A stretch of 41,099 nucleotides of DNA from Clostridia bacterium (lineage in GTDB: Bacteria; Bacillota; Clostridia; Christensenellales; DTU072), in contig JAIKVY010000189.1 of assembly GCA_024685275.1 (NCBI GenBank), positions 1 to 41,099 of the forward strand, read 5' to 3'. Under the pieces are notes generated by a model. That model was not told the origin of the DNA, searched no databases, and was given only the letters and a program-made list of their open reading frames with translations. The position numbers and the translations under genes are program-made. The first letter of the stretch is position 1. Each line of letters starts with the position of its first letter. This document shows positions 20,745 through 30,508 of the stretch, piece after piece.

Positions 20745-22571
20745 CTATCTATATGTTAATTCTTTTATTGTCGTTATATTTCCTACTAATGTTGTTACAT
20801 AACATTTTAATAATCTGTTTGTTTTTGTTGATAAATATACTGACATTCCATCGAATTCTGCATCAAGTATAATATCTCCACCATATTTTTTTATACCAAA
20901 TTTAGTAACATTTTCACTATTAGTGTTTTTAAACACATATGCTCCTTCTGTTATTATATCAATATCTTCAACTTCTTTAACTACTTCAAAATTTGAATTA
21001 AATAAATATGTTCTGTATTTTCCATTAAATAATTTAGTCGCTAAAATATATCCTTCATACATTGGCGTTAATTCCATATACTCAAAAGGAATCTTTGTTT
21101 CTAAATTCCAATTAATATATCCATATGTATAATCAGTAGATTGTAATTCTTCTTCATCTTCGTTTTCATCAGTTTCTTCTTTCTCTTCTATTAGTCTAAC
21201 AACACAGCCATATTTGTTTGCATATGTTAAAACATATTTAGATTCTCCATCTTTATAACTTACTTTGCTCAAATTTAAATCGTATATATAGTTACCTGCA
21301 TATGCTTCCAAACTAAATGATGGATCTGCTGTGATAATTCCTTTACCATCTTGGTATATAATTGGCATTAATGTTTCTGAAACTAATGAAACATTCAAAT
21401 TATCATCAAGATAACAGAAAGTTGCTTCAGCATACATTTTTAGCTCATCTTGAGTTTCAGTTGTTAAATAAGGTTTGAAATAATAATAAATAAGTGTTTG
21501 ATTATTTGATATAACCTTATATGGATCAATAAAGGGATAATCATATTCGCTTCTGTATAACTTTGAATTATATGATTTGTAGTTATTAAATTGACTAGAT
21601 AACTTAGAATATTCTTTGTTGTATTTATTTACAACTCCATCAATGTATGAGATTTGACCAATTACTTTGCTCTCTCCTGTTTTTACATTAAAGAAACTAC
21701 ATTTTGATCTAACATACTCAAATGTATCATCAATATATCTTGTAAAGTTATAGTCAAAAGTGCTCGTTGTTGTGTTTGTGTATATGTATGGATTTAAAAC
21801 AAACCAACCGTTACCAATATAGAATACAGACATCTTTTCAGTATAATCTGTCTCAGAATTCCAAGCATTATATCTGTGTCCTGGCTTAGGTTTTAGGTAC
21901 CCATTAACAATAATTGTGTTATCTAAATCATAAAAATACGCATCATCATCGTCATATGAACAAACATATGAATCGCCTATAACAATTGAATAATTATAGT
22001 CTTGTTCTATTTTATATAATTCAAGTAATCTATCTGTTTGAGAAAAATCATATATCGTTTTGTATTGAGCTATTGATGACATATTTCCACCAACCTCTCC
22101 ATTAACAACAATATAATCTCCTTTAAAACACATTTGATCGTATGTGCCAACATATACATCTTCAAAAGAAGAAACTCTTATTGGGTTATCTTCTACATTT
22201 TTGCCTTTAAATTTAATTACTCCCATTTTATTATTTAAATCAACAACTATTGCATAATCTCCATTTATCTCAAGTATTTTAGAATATTGAGGAACTACAT
22301 ATTCTTTATCAAATCCAGCAATACCATATGCTGATGTATTATTTGTATAGTTTTTAAAAGTAATAAATAAATCATTTTCTTCATCATATGAATAGATAAG
22401 TGTTCCACTTGATAACGATATTCCATCTTTAACACCTGTTATTTCTCCTGTAACAAAATTATTAAAGTATTTAGATGATATTGGGTCGTTTTTGCAAGAT
22501 GATAAGAATAAGCATAGGATTATTATGCTTAAAAATACGCAAATTGCTAATCTATTTTTTATTCTTTTCAT
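20745..22571 (-). CDS. Hypothetical lipoprotein with WG-repeat-like beta elements
   Basis: Lipobox LSSC; YGYINWNLETKIPFEY, FGIKKYGGDIILDAEFD, YGIAGFDKEYVVPQY; Tyr/Asn rich. Confidence 0.6.
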   Translation of the reverse strand: MKRIKNRLAICVFLSIIILCLFLSSCKNDPISSKYFNNFVTGEITGVKDGISLSSGTLIYSYDEENDLFITFKNYTNNTSAYGIAGFDKEYVVPQYSKILEINGDYAIVVDLNNKMGVIKFKGKNVEDNPIRVSSFEDVYVGTYDQMCFKGDYIVVNGEVGGNMSSIAQYKTIYDFSQTDRLLELYKIEQDYNYSIVIGDSYVCSYDDDDAYFYDLDNTIIVNGYLKPKPGHRYNAWNSETDYTEKMSVFYIGNGWFVLNPYIYTNTTTSTFDYNFTRYIDDTFEYVRSKCSFFNVKTGESKVIGQISYIDGVVNKYNKEYSKLSSQFNNYKSYNSKLYRSEYDYPFIDPYKVISNNQTLIYYYFKPYLTTETQDELKMYAEATFCYLDDNLNVSLVSETLMPIIYQDGKGIITADPSFSLEAYAGNYIYDLNLSKVSYKDGESKYVLTYANKYGCVVRLIEEKEETDENEDEEELQSTDYTYGYINWNLETKIPFEYMELTPMYEGYILATKLFNGKYRTYLFNSNFEVVKEVEDIDIITEGAYVFKNTNSENVTKFGIKKYGGDIILDAEFDGMSVYLSTKTNRLLKCYVTTLVGNITTIKELTYR

Positions 22572-22577
22572 AGTCTA

Positions 22578-22586
22578 ATTTTACCA
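22578..22586 (-). promoter_or_regulatory. Extended -10 promoter, probably leaderless transcript
   Basis: TGgTAAAAT 6 nt before ATG 22571; no SD. Confidence 0.5.
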
Positions 22587-22690
22587 CAATTATTTGTTCT
22601 TGTAATCTTATTAAATTACTTCTCTACTCTTTTTTCTTTATATATTATGTAAAAATTGTTCAGTTTTATGGTTTTTGAATAATTAATAGT

Positions 22691-22719
22691 TTGATAATGA
22701 TTAATGTAAGTGATATAAT
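22691..22719 (+). promoter_or_regulatory. Sigma-A promoter of Lrp-aminotransferase operon
   Basis: TTGATA-17 nt-TATAAT with extended TG. Confidence 0.75.
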
Positions 22720-22746
22720 TTTTTTAATAAATTAAAGGGGTTGAAT

Positions 22747-23238
22747 ATGGCTGATATTGAAACACAAATTATTAATTTACTTAAAAAAGATTCAAGATTA
22801 ACTCATGCAGAAATTGCAAAGATGCTTAATGTTGAGGTTGATGAAGTTATAAAAATTGTAACTGATTTAGAAAACAGAGGTGTAATTGTTAAATATACAA
22901 CAATAATTAATACTGAAAAGATATCTGAAGAATACATCGATGCTTTAATTGAAGTAAAAGTTACTCCACAAGCTAGATCAGGTTTTGATAAGATGGCTGC
23001 TGAAATATCCAACTTCCCAGAAGTTAAAGCAGTTTATTTAGTTTCTGGAACATATGATTTAGCTATTACTCTTGAATGCAAAACAGCAAGAGATATTTCT
23101 TTATTTGTAAGTGATAAACTTGCATCTATTGAATGTGTTGTAGGAACTACTACTCACTTTATTATGAAACAATATAAAGAAAGTGGCGTCATTATGAATA
23201 AAGATAATGACAAAAAAAGGATGATTATTCACGAATAA
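22747..23238 (+). CDS. Lrp/AsnC family transcriptional regulator (AlaR/YugG-like)
   Basis: N-terminal HTH (LLKKDSRLTHAEIAKML), GVIVKY, IEVKVTP, VSGTYDL, THFIMK.YK. ATG 22747 after AAGGGG. Confidence 0.92.
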   Translation: MADIETQIINLLKKDSRLTHAEIAKMLNVEVDEVIKIVTDLENRGVIVKYTTIINTEKISEEYIDALIEVKVTPQARSGFDKMAAEISNFPEVKAVYLVSGTYDLAITLECKTARDISLFVSDKLASIECVVGTTTHFIMKQYKESGVIMNKDNDKKRMIIHE

Positions 23239-23239
23239 T

Positions 23240-24415
23240 ATGGACTATTCAAAATATTTAAACAAAACCATCACTGATATAAAACCATCAGGAATTAGAA
23301 AATTCTTTGATATTGTTGCTGAGCAAAAAGATGCGATTAGCTTAGGTGTTGGTGAACCAGATTTTGATACTCCATGGATTGGAAGAAACGAAGCTATAAA
23401 GAGTTTACATAATGGATTAACTAGTTATACTTCCAACTGTGGAATGATCGAATTAAGAGAATTAATTTCTCAATACTACAATATTAGATATAACCTTTTA
23501 TATGATGAAAAAGAAGAAATTATTGTAACCGTCGGTGCTAGTGAAGGGATTGATTTAGCTATTCGTAGTTTAATTACTCCAGGAGAAGAAGTATTAATTC
23601 CTGATCCATCATATGTTTCATATGCTCCATGTGTAAAATTTGCAGGTGGTACTCCTGTTTCAATTCACTGTACAAATGAAGATGGATTTATTATTACTAA
23701 CGATGAACTTAAAAAAGTTATAACAGATAAAACAAAAGCAATAATTTTACCATATCCTAATAATCCAACTGGTGGTATTATGACCGAATCTCAGCTTGAA
23801 GATATTCGTCAAACCATTATTGATAACGATTTAATAGTTATTTCTGATGAAATATATAGTGAATTAACATATGGAAGCAAACATGTATCAATTGCTTCAT
23901 TAGATGGTATGAAAGAAAGAACAATTGTTATTAATGGATTTAGCAAAGCATATTCTATGACTGGATTTAGATTAGGATATTGTTTAGGGCCTAAAGAAAT
24001 TATTTATTCTATGTATAAGATACATCAATATACAATAATGTGTGCTCCTACAACTAGCCAATATGCTGCTATTGCTATTTTAAAGGATGAATTTAAAAAC
24101 AACTTTAGTTCTCTTAAAGAAATGAAAGATGAATACTTTTTAAGAAAAAAAAATGTATATAACTCATTAATTAATATGGGATTTGATGTATTTGAGCCAA
24201 ATGGTGCTTTCTATGTTTTCCCATCAGTTAAAAAATTTGGTCTTAACGGTGAAAAATTTGCTGAAAAACTTTTATATGAACAAAAGGTTGCTGTTGTTCC
24301 TGGTAGTGCATTTGGTAAATCTGGTGAAAACCATATAAGAATAAGTTATGCATATAATATGGATAATCTAACAAAAGCTCTTGATAGAATTAAGAAATTT
24401 GTTAATTCTTTATAA
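23240..24415 (+). CDS. PLP-dependent aminotransferase class I/II (AlaT/YugH-like)
   Basis: SGIRKFFD, LGVGEPDF, PNNPTG, SDEIY, NGFSKAYSMTGFRLG, GAFY, VPGSAFG. Confidence 0.93.
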   Translation: MDYSKYLNKTITDIKPSGIRKFFDIVAEQKDAISLGVGEPDFDTPWIGRNEAIKSLHNGLTSYTSNCGMIELRELISQYYNIRYNLLYDEKEEIIVTVGASEGIDLAIRSLITPGEEVLIPDPSYVSYAPCVKFAGGTPVSIHCTNEDGFIITNDELKKVITDKTKAIILPYPNNPTGGIMTESQLEDIRQTIIDNDLIVISDEIYSELTYGSKHVSIASLDGMKERTIVINGFSKAYSMTGFRLGYCLGPKEIIYSMYKIHQYTIMCAPTTSQYAAIAILKDEFKNNFSSLKEMKDEYFLRKKNVYNSLINMGFDVFEPNGAFYVFPSVKKFGLNGEKFAEKLLYEQKVAVVPGSAFGKSGENHIRISYAYNMDNLTKALDRIKKFVNSL

Positions 24416-24453
24416 TTTATATAATTATCTTCAAAAAATTTAACTATTCCCTT

Positions 24454-24482
24454 TTGCTTTATACGAAGTTTTCTTGTATAAT
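24454..24482 (+). promoter_or_regulatory. Sigma-A promoter upstream of TPP riboswitch
   Basis: TTGCTT-17 nt-TATAAT. Confidence 0.7.
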
Positions 24483-24498
24483 ATATTTATTAATAAAA

Positions 24499-24569
24499 CT
24501 TACTAGGGGTGACAAAATGTCTGAGATTATACCCTCCGAACTTGCTCGTGAACCGGGAAAGGAAGTAGA
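24499..24569 (+). ncRNA. TPP (THI-box) riboswitch, compact variant
   Basis: CTAGGGGTG, P3 GACA-aaa-TGTC, TGAGA, ATACCC, GAAC, AGGAAG; P1 TTACT/AGTAG; lies upstream of thiT. Confidence 0.82.
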
Positions 24570-24614
24570 GAAATTTTATATGTTTGCCATTTCTAGTCTA
24601 TGGAGGCAAACAAA

Positions 24615-25622
24615 ATGTATGAAAGTTTAACACACACTCAGTTTTGGCTTCTTATTTCATTCTTTATTGTTGTAGGCGTATTTTCGATATTGTCTATAAT
24701 TCTAACTTTGAATAATAAGTCAAAACAAACAAAATTAGTTAATTTTTGTGGCATTATTGCTGGAGTAGGCTTGTTAATAGCATTGCTTATTGTAAGTTTA
24801 GTGGACAAAAACTATGTTGGATATATCGCTGTAAGTGATTTCTGGCATGAGTTTGGTTTATATATTCTTGCAGCAGCAATTCTAGTTATCTTAGTTCTAC
24901 TATACTTCTTATGTGGTAAAAAGAAAGAAACAGATACTACTAAAGAAATATCTTTTGCAGCGATAACTTTAGCCCTTTCTTTTGGTTTAGCTTATGTGAA
25001 ATTATTTGCTCTACCTCAAGGTGGATCAGTAACTTTATTAAGTCTATTACCAATTATGATTTTCTCTTATTCATATGGTATTAGAAAAGGTATGACACTT
25101 GGCTTTATCTTTGGCTTTTTGATGTTTATCCAAGAACCTTGGTTCTGCCATCCTGTTCAATTCTTACTCGATTATCCATTTGCATTCGCTTCAATTGGAT
25201 TAGCTGGAATCTTCCATGAATTTAAACTTCTTGAAAAGAAACCAATTAAAACTATTAAAGCTGAAACTACTGATTCAACTGAGAATGCTGAAGAAACTGA
25301 AAATCAAAATGTTAATGATGGAAATACAGTAACAATCGAGAAAAAGTCTGGATTCACATTTGAACATGCTGTTCAATTTTTATTAGGCGGAATCCTTGCT
25401 GTTATTTTAAGATATGTTTGTCATATTATATCTGGTATATTTGTTTTTGGTTCAGGGGATCCTACTATGTACTCTGCTGTTGCTTGGAGCTTTTTATATA
25501 ACTCGTTTGCGATAGTTGATATGTCATTTAATTTAATTGCCGGTTGTGCTTTGTTATCATCTAATCAAATGGTAAAATTAATTTTGAGTGCATCAAAGCC
25601 AAGAAAACAAAAAATTAATTAA
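24615..25622 (+). CDS. thiT: ECF thiamine transporter S component ThiT with N-terminal TM extension
   Basis: LPQGGSVT, HPVQFLLDYPFAF, LRYVCHIISG..F, SFLYN; downstream of TPP riboswitch. ATG 24615 after GGAGG. Confidence 0.88.
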   Translation: MYESLTHTQFWLLISFFIVVGVFSILSIILTLNNKSKQTKLVNFCGIIAGVGLLIALLIVSLVDKNYVGYIAVSDFWHEFGLYILAAAILVILVLLYFLCGKKKETDTTKEISFAAITLALSFGLAYVKLFALPQGGSVTLLSLLPIMIFSYSYGIRKGMTLGFIFGFLMFIQEPWFCHPVQFLLDYPFAFASIGLAGIFHEFKLLEKKPIKTIKAETTDSTENAEETENQNVNDGNTVTIEKKSGFTFEHAVQFLLGGILAVILRYVCHIISGIFVFGSGDPTMYSAVAWSFLYNSFAIVDMSFNLIAGCALLSSNQMVKLILSASKPRKQKIN

Positions 25623-25650
25623 GCAAAATTATTTACTAGTTTTTTAAAAT

Positions 25651-25690
25651 AATAATCCCTATTCTTATTAAAGTTTAGGGATTATTTTAT
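25651..25690 (+). terminator. Terminator after thiT
   Basis: AATAATCCCTA ... TAGGGATTATT followed by TT. Confidence 0.7.
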
Positions 25691-25802
25691 GTGTATTTGA
25701 GTAAAAAAAGACAATAAAAATAAGACAAAATTACTTTTATCTTTCAATAATTGTAATCTGTCTTTATCTTTATTCTATATATTAATCGGTATTAATAACT
25801 AA

Positions 25803-26075
25803 TTATTTGCTTTGTTGTAATTGATATAATTTAGATGCAAGTCTAGATTTTTTTCTAGCAGCATTATTTTTATGATAAATTCCATCAACTTCAGCAGCAT
25901 CAATAACTGAGAAAGCTTTGTTTAATAATTCTTTAGCTGATTCAACGTCTCCGTTTGCAACAGCAGCTTCAAATTTCTTAATAACGTTCTTAACTTCAGT
26001 CTTTCTACTATTATTTCTAGCGTTTTCATCTTTTGTTACTAAAACACGCTTTTTTTGTGACTTAATAATTGGCAT
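25803..26075 (-). CDS. rpsT: 30S ribosomal protein S20
   Basis: MPIIKSQKKRV, G.YHKNNAARKKSRL. Confidence 0.97.
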   Translation of the reverse strand: MPIIKSQKKRVLVTKDENARNNSRKTEVKNVIKKFEAAVANGDVESAKELLNKAFSVIDAAEVDGIYHKNNAARKKSRLASKLYQLQQSK

Positions 26076-26120
26076 ATCTATCTCCTTATTTTCTATTAAT
26101 AACTTTTAAAATGCTTAAAT

Positions 26121-26149
26121 ATTCTATCATACCAAAGTTATATTTGCAA
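26121..26149 (-). promoter_or_regulatory. Sigma-A promoter of rpsT
   Basis: TTGCAA-17 nt-TAGAAT with extended TG. Confidence 0.7.
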
Positions 26150-26157
26150 TTTAAAAT

Positions 26158-27246
26158 TTATATATTTCTTGTTTTTATTGCAAAATCAACATTGATATAA
26201 TTATCATCATCAACAATTGCATAACCAAAATTACCTTTAGTTGCTACAACTGCATTTTTAATTGATTCTATTTTACTTAAATCTGATGCTTTAAATAAAA
26301 CACAAGTTCTCTTTTTGCCAGCTACTCTTTCCTTTACTAATCTAGGATAGTTTACTGAATTAACAATGTTTCCATTTTCAATGTAATCTACTAATTGTTT
26401 TCCTGCCATAACAGCACAATTATCTTCAGCTTCTTCTGTGCTAGCTCCTAAATGTGGTAAAACAATAATGTTTTTAGAATTAATTACATTCTCTGATGGG
26501 AAATCAACAACATATTTTCGAACCTTTCCAGTTTCAATAGCTGCTTTTAAATCATCAACATTAACTATTTCACCTCTAGCCATATTTAATATAATTACAC
26601 CATCTTTCATTGAATTAATAACATTGCTATTAATTAAATTCTTTGTTGATTCAATATATGGAACGTGAATAGTAATGTAGTCAGCGTTTTTAACTACTTC
26701 ATCAAAAGAAGCTACTTTAACTTTGCTATTTAATTTTGAAGCATCTGGTAAAAATGGATCATATCCAATTACATTCATTCCTAAATTCACAGCAGCATCA
26801 GCAACCAATCTTCCAATAGCGCCTAAACCAATAACACCTAATGTCTTTCCAAAAATTTCTGTTCCAGCAAATTGGCTTTTCCCTTTTTCAGCAGTTTTAG
26901 CTGTATTTTCTGTAACTGTATTTATCCAATTGCTTCCACCAATGATATCTCTACTAGCAATGAACAATCCACAAATAACTAATTCTTTAACTGCATTAGC
27001 GTTTGCTCCTGGAGTATTAAATACAACAACTCCACTTTCAGCCATTCTTTCAACGGGAATATTATTAACTCCAGCTCCAGCTCTTGCTATTGCAACTAAT
27101 TTATCATTAACTTCATATTCTGCCATTTGTGCACTTCTAACTAAAATACCATCTGGATTAGTAAATTCTTCTCCTAATTGATAATTTGAGTTAAACACTT
27201 CTTCTATTTTTGCACTTATTTTATTTAATTTTTTGATTTCGTACAT
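26158..27246 (-). CDS. serA: D-3-phosphoglycerate dehydrogenase
   Basis: ARAGAGVNNI, FNTPGANANAVKE, GLGAIG, LPHLGASTEEAE; adjacent to serC. Confidence 0.92.
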   Translation of the reverse strand: MYEIKKLNKISAKIEEVFNSNYQLGEEFTNPDGILVRSAQMAEYEVNDKLVAIARAGAGVNNIPVERMAESGVVVFNTPGANANAVKELVICGLFIASRDIIGGSNWINTVTENTAKTAEKGKSQFAGTEIFGKTLGVIGLGAIGRLVADAAVNLGMNVIGYDPFLPDASKLNSKVKVASFDEVVKNADYITIHVPYIESTKNLINSNVINSMKDGVIILNMARGEIVNVDDLKAAIETGKVRKYVVDFPSENVINSKNIIVLPHLGASTEEAEDNCAVMAGKQLVDYIENGNIVNSVNYPRLVKERVAGKKRTCVLFKASDLSKIESIKNAVVATKGNFGYAIVDDDNYINVDFAIKTRNI

Positions 27247-27267
27247 TTTTTGCCTCTAAATAAATTA

Positions 27268-28359
27268 TTATTTGTTTTCCATTTCGAATTTCTTCATGAA
27301 TGAAATTAATTTTTCAACACCTTCAACTGGCATAGAGTTATATATACTTGCTCTTAAACCACCAACAAGTTTATGTCCCTTTAATGAAACTAATCCATTT
27401 TGTCCAGCTTCTTTTACAAATTTAGCGTCTAAGTCAGCATTTGGAGTTACGAATGTAACGTTCATTATTGATCTATCTTCTTTTCTAACAATATTTGTAT
27501 AGAAGTTTGAGTTATCAAGATAATCATATAATAATCCAGCTTTATATTTATTTTGTTTGTAGATTGCTTCAACACCACCAAATTTCTTTAAATATCTAAA
27601 GTTGAGCATTGCAATATATGTTGAATAAGTACATGGAGTATTGTATAAACTATCTTTAGATGCTTGTGTTCTATATTGCATTAAAATTGGTGTAAATGGT
27701 AATGGTTCACAATTATCTACTGCATCTTTTCTAACAACAACAATTGTTAATCCGCTTGGTGCAACATTCTTTTGTGCTCCAGCATAGATAAGCTTAAATT
27801 TATTAACATCAACTGGTTCACTTAAAATATTACTACTCATATCAGCGACTAAGTTATTTACATTTGGGAATTTTGTATATCTTGTACCAAAAATTGTGTT
27901 ATTTGATGTGATATGAACATAATCTGTATTTTCTCTATATTCAAGTGTATCAACATCTGGAATATATGAATATTTAGATTCTTTTGTGTTAGCTAAACAT
28001 TTAATATCTCCATATCTACATGCTTCTTCATATGCTTTTGAAGCAAAGTTTCCTGTAACAATATAATCTGCTTTCTTTCCATTCTTTTCTGTTAAAAGAT
28101 TAAGTGGAACTGCTGAAAATTGTGTTGTAGCACCACCTTGTAAGAATAAAACATAATATTTCGAATCATCAACATTGAATAATTCTTTGAATAAAGCGAT
28201 AGCTTCATTATGAATAGCGTCATATGTCTTGCTTCTATGACTCATTTCTAAAGCTGACATGCCACTACCTAAACAATTTAACATTTCTTTTTGAGCTTCT
28301 AATAAAACTTCTTCTGGTAACATTGATGGACCAGCAGAAAAATTGAATACGTCTCTCAT
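27268..28359 (-). CDS. serC: Phosphoserine aminotransferase
   Basis: FNFSAGPSMLP, EMSHRS, FLQGGA, NNTIFG, DMSS, YAGAQKN, YNTP, GGLRASIYN. Confidence 0.97.
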   Translation of the reverse strand: MRDVFNFSAGPSMLPEEVLLEAQKEMLNCLGSGMSALEMSHRSKTYDAIHNEAIALFKELFNVDDSKYYVLFLQGGATTQFSAVPLNLLTEKNGKKADYIVTGNFASKAYEEACRYGDIKCLANTKESKYSYIPDVDTLEYRENTDYVHITSNNTIFGTRYTKFPNVNNLVADMSSNILSEPVDVNKFKLIYAGAQKNVAPSGLTIVVVRKDAVDNCEPLPFTPILMQYRTQASKDSLYNTPCTYSTYIAMLNFRYLKKFGGVEAIYKQNKYKAGLLYDYLDNSNFYTNIVRKEDRSIMNVTFVTPNADLDAKFVKEAGQNGLVSLKGHKLVGGLRASIYNSMPVEGVEKLISFMKKFEMENK

Positions 28360-28419
28360 TTTAATCTCCTTGAAAACCTTTTTTACTTTAGTAATTTATT
28401 ACTAACTTTTAGTTAAGTG

Positions 28420-28448
28420 ATTTTAGCAAATTGACATATTGATGTCAA
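28420..28448 (-). promoter_or_regulatory. Sigma-A promoter of serC-serA with palindrome over the -35 box
   Basis: TTGACA-17 nt-TAAAAT with extended TG; TTGACAT-N4-ATGTCAA at 28431-28448. Confidence 0.75.
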
Positions 28449-28505
28449 ACAAATAGGCCTTTATTTTGAAGTTTTAAATATGAAATATTTAATATATTAT
28501 ATGAT

Positions 28506-29426
28506 TTAATCTATCTCAGAATTAGTTATCAAAAGCTTTAATTCTTCTATTGAATTTGTTTTAAAAACTAGATCTTTAAACTGCTTTGAATTTCTCTTTC
28601 CTTTAACATAATGAGAAATTTGTGCTTTCATTTGATTAAGTTGTACTTTAGCTGGCAAGAAGGAAATGAAATCTATGTGTTTTAGGATTAGTTCTTTTAT
28701 CGAAACTTCAACTTTTTTACCTTGAAGCTCAGCAAAGATTTGTGGGTTACCTATTGCTCCTCTAGCTATAGTAACATAATCAACTCCAGTATCTAACATA
28801 TTTTTGTATGAGTCTTTATTAGTTACATCTCCGTTCCCAGAAACTGGAATAGTTAAAGCTTGTTTTAGAAGTGCAATTGATTCTAAATCTACTTTTCCTG
28901 AATACATTTCTTCTCTTGTTCTACCATGAAGAGTCACTAAACTAGCTCCACTTTCTTGTGCCGCTAACCCACATTCAATATAGTTATTTCTTCCTTCTGA
29001 TCCTTTACGTAATTTAACTGTAACTAGTTTTTCAGGAGTTGATTTTTTTATCGCTTTTACTATGTCGCTTATTTTTTCCGGTGTTTTCATTAATGCACTT
29101 CCGTCACCATTTTTATATACTTTGGGAACCGGACAACCACAATTTATATCAATTATTTTAAACTTTGAAAGTATTGGAAATTCTACTACTTCACTAAATA
29201 CACTTGGATTAGAACCAAATAATTGAACACCTGTATTCATTTCATCTTTAGATAAAGTTAGAAGTTCCTCTGTTTGTTTATTCTTATAGTGCAATGCTAA
29301 AGCTGATACCATTTCTGTAAAGCATAGTCCTGCTCCAAAATGTGTTGAGAGACTTCTTAATCCACAATCTGAAAACCCTGCTATTGGAGCTAATATTAAT
29401 TTACTATTATTTATTGTTAAATCCAT
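28506..29426 (-). CDS. dusB: tRNA-dihydrouridine synthase (DusB-like)
   Basis: LAPIAG, VQLFGS, IDINCGCP, GSALMK, LHGRTR, GNGDV, ARGAIGNP. Confidence 0.92.
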   Translation of the reverse strand: MDLTINNSKLILAPIAGFSDCGLRSLSTHFGAGLCFTEMVSALALHYKNKQTEELLTLSKDEMNTGVQLFGSNPSVFSEVVEFPILSKFKIIDINCGCPVPKVYKNGDGSALMKTPEKISDIVKAIKKSTPEKLVTVKLRKGSEGRNNYIECGLAAQESGASLVTLHGRTREEMYSGKVDLESIALLKQALTIPVSGNGDVTNKDSYKNMLDTGVDYVTIARGAIGNPQIFAELQGKKVEVSIKELILKHIDFISFLPAKVQLNQMKAQISHYVKGKRNSKQFKDLVFKTNSIEELKLLITNSEID

Positions 29427-29430
29427 ATTG

Positions 29431-30423
29431 TTAGTTATCTTTCTTTAATAGTTCTTTTGCTTTATTGTAATATTCATCTAAGGTTTTTATATCCAATGAC
29501 TTTATATCAAGATTATCTTCTTCTATTAGTTTATATAACAATCTAAATCTTTTTTCGAATTTATCGATTGTTTTACATAAAGCTACTTCTGGATCGATAT
29601 TTGCTCTTCTTAATATATTTACTACACTAAAAAGAATATCTCCTGCTTCATTTTCTTTTTCATTGCTTTGTGCTTCTTCAAATTCCTTTATTTCTTCATA
29701 TATTTTTTGTATTGTTTCTTCTTCATTAGGAAATTCAAAATTAACTTTTGCGACGTATTTTTGAATCTTAGCTGCTCTTTGAAGTGCTGTAAAATTTCTT
29801 GGAACTTTATCTATTTTATCTATAACTGTTTTTTGTCCCTTTTCTTTCTCTTTTGCTGCTTCCCAATATATGAGTGCTTCTTGAGCATTATTTGCTTTAT
29901 CTAAGCCAAATATGTGCGTATGACGAGTAATTAATTTTTTACATAAATTTGTAATTACATCAATATGATTAATCGAACCAGCTTGCTCAGTCATTATTGC
30001 TGTAAATACACTTTGAAGTAATACATCTCCACACTCTTCTTGAATAGCCAATTCATCTTTAGAATTAATAGCATCAACTAATTCGTAACTCTCTTCAATA
30101 ATGTTTGTTCTTATAGTTTCTGGTGTTTGTACTTTATCCCAAGGACAGCCATCTTCATCACGTAATCTTCTAATTATTTCAACTAGATCACAATACCCAT
30201 ATCTTGTTTTCTCTGTTAATGATTTTGGTATTATTTCTATCGTTGTTGAATCTAATTCTTCTTTTTTTACATCGCCAAAAAACATATTTATTTTTTCAAG
30301 TACTTTTTGTTTTTCATCTGGCTTGATATCTACTATACGTAAAGAAAGATTAGTATCAAAACTATTTGCTTTCCTATCTAAAAAATATGCTGAATCTATT
30401 ATTGTTATATTTACTGTTTTCAT
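29431..30423 (-). CDS. mazG: MazG nucleoside triphosphate pyrophosphohydrolase (short YabN-like N-terminus)
   Basis: LR..DGCPWD..QT, EESYEL, EECGDVLLQ, KLITRH.HIF, EAGDILF. ATG 30423 after GAGGA preferred over the ORF-track start at 30528. Confidence 0.92.
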   Translation of the reverse strand: MKTVNITIIDSAYFLDRKANSFDTNLSLRIVDIKPDEKQKVLEKINMFFGDVKKEELDSTTIEIIPKSLTEKTRYGYCDLVEIIRRLRDEDGCPWDKVQTPETIRTNIIEESYELVDAINSKDELAIQEECGDVLLQSVFTAIMTEQAGSINHIDVITNLCKKLITRHTHIFGLDKANNAQEALIYWEAAKEKEKGQKTVIDKIDKVPRNFTALQRAAKIQKYVAKVNFEFPNEEETIQKIYEEIKEFEEAQSNEKENEAGDILFSVVNILRRANIDPEVALCKTIDKFEKRFRLLYKLIEEDNLDIKSLDIKTLDEYYNKAKELLKKDN

Positions 30424-30508
30424 ATTCCTCTTTTTAAAATAAAATTCATATCCAGTTTGTGCTAAATATGAATTATATTTATTTTTTCTTTTTAATTTTT
30501 TCCTTTTT

